The notes beneath the pieces are model-generated. The model had not been told where the DNA came from, ran no database searches, and saw nothing but the letters and a program-made list of their open reading frames with translations. Shown here piece after piece: positions 63,341 to 64,000 of a DNA stretch of 64,000 nucleotides (its first letter is position 1; the number at the start of each line of letters is the position of its first letter). The position numbers and the translations under genes are program-made. The DNA comes from Nibricoccus sp. GTDB taxonomy: Bacteria > Verrucomicrobiota > Verrucomicrobiia > Opitutales > Opitutaceae. The stretch covers positions 4,960,001 to 5,024,000 of the forward strand of contig JASGHG010000001.1 in NCBI GenBank assembly GCA_047602425.1. The letters are read 5' to 3'.

Positions 63341-63367
63341 TTTTGTGTCTTTTGTGCTTTTTGTAGC
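63341..63367. repeat. Triple TTTTGTG repeat with 9-bp period
   Basis: TTTTGTG TC TTTTGTG CT TTTTGTAGC. Confidence 0.5.
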
Positions 63368-63401
63368 CAAGCTTCTCTACATCTAGGAAATTCTCACGCC
63401 C

Positions 63402-63968
63402 ATGACTCTCACTTCTGAGCAACAACAAGCCGTCTCCAACTGGGTCGCCGCCGGCGACAATCTTTCCGTCATCCAGAAAAAGCTCTCGGAGCAGTTTAAA
63501 ATTTCCATGACGTACATGGACGTCCGCTTTCTCGTGGATGACCTCAACCTCGCTCTGAAGGATGCCGCGCCGAAGGCCGACGCCAGCGACGTCAGCAAAC
63601 CCGCCGCAACCGGCGCCGAAAAAGCCAAAACTGCCTCCAACCTTCCGCCCGACGAAATGGACGAGGCGGACGCTCCCCTTCCCAGCGAGGACGAATTCCC
63701 CGAGAACGCCGACCTCGACGAGGCCCTTCCGCCCGACGCCGGCCCAAGCAGCCTCAGTGTCACGGTGGACAAGGTCACGCTTTTACCCGGCGCGATCGCC
63801 AGTGGCACCGTCACCTTCAGCGATGGCGTGACGGGAAAATGGATCGTCGACAACTATGGCCGCCCCGGTTTCACCGAGGTCAGCAAGCCCGGATACCGTC
63901 CGTCCGCCGCCGACGCCCAAGCCTTCATGCAAGAGCTGAGCGCCGCGCTGCAAAAACGCGGTTATTGA
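63402..63968 (+). CDS. Hypothetical protein with an acidic linker
   Basis: 188-aa ORF: helical N-domain (MTYMDVRFLVDDL), acidic linker, beta C-domain (SGTVTFSDG). Confidence 0.8.
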   Translation: MTLTSEQQQAVSNWVAAGDNLSVIQKKLSEQFKISMTYMDVRFLVDDLNLALKDAAPKADASDVSKPAATGAEKAKTASNLPPDEMDEADAPLPSEDEFPENADLDEALPPDAGPSSLSVTVDKVTLLPGAIASGTVTFSDGVTGKWIVDNYGRPGFTEVSKPGYRPSAADAQAFMQELSAALQKRGY

Positions 63969-64000
63969 GCCCGTCCAGCGGCCTTGCCCATCGTCCGCGA

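Overview
A ~60% GC bacterial chromosomal window. Gene style and content (ccoNO fusion, LacI/AraC regulators, beta-propeller hybrid kinase, GTAG/GGAG REP-like palindromes) suggest Verrucomicrobiota, probably Opitutaceae; this is inference. From left to right: a xylose/hemicellulose locus (esterase, esterase-GH95 fusion, MFS transporter, LacI, XylR, xylB, xylA, a very large secreted LamG protein); housekeeping genes (rsmI, exbD, a YeeE pair, glgA, rnr, dut); a PL1 pectate lyase; and a complete cbb3 oxidase operon next to a Cys-rich protein and a PocR-AraC regulator. Then come pyrBC, an Ig/beta-helix lipoprotein, a REP/MITE mosaic, a hybrid kinase and an HNH nuclease. A c-di-AMP (ydaO-class) riboswitch precedes a frameshifted membrane gene and a KimA-like transporter. 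A visibly AT-richer island carries an uncharacterised three-gene operon (membrane-anchored PspA-like coiled coil, 39-aa membrane peptide, secreted beta-rich protein). Near the right end, an IS481-family element sits in a REP palindrome and is itself interrupted by an IS3-family element. All family assignments come from motif recognition by eye; no searches were run. No tRNA, rRNA or CRISPR array was seen.
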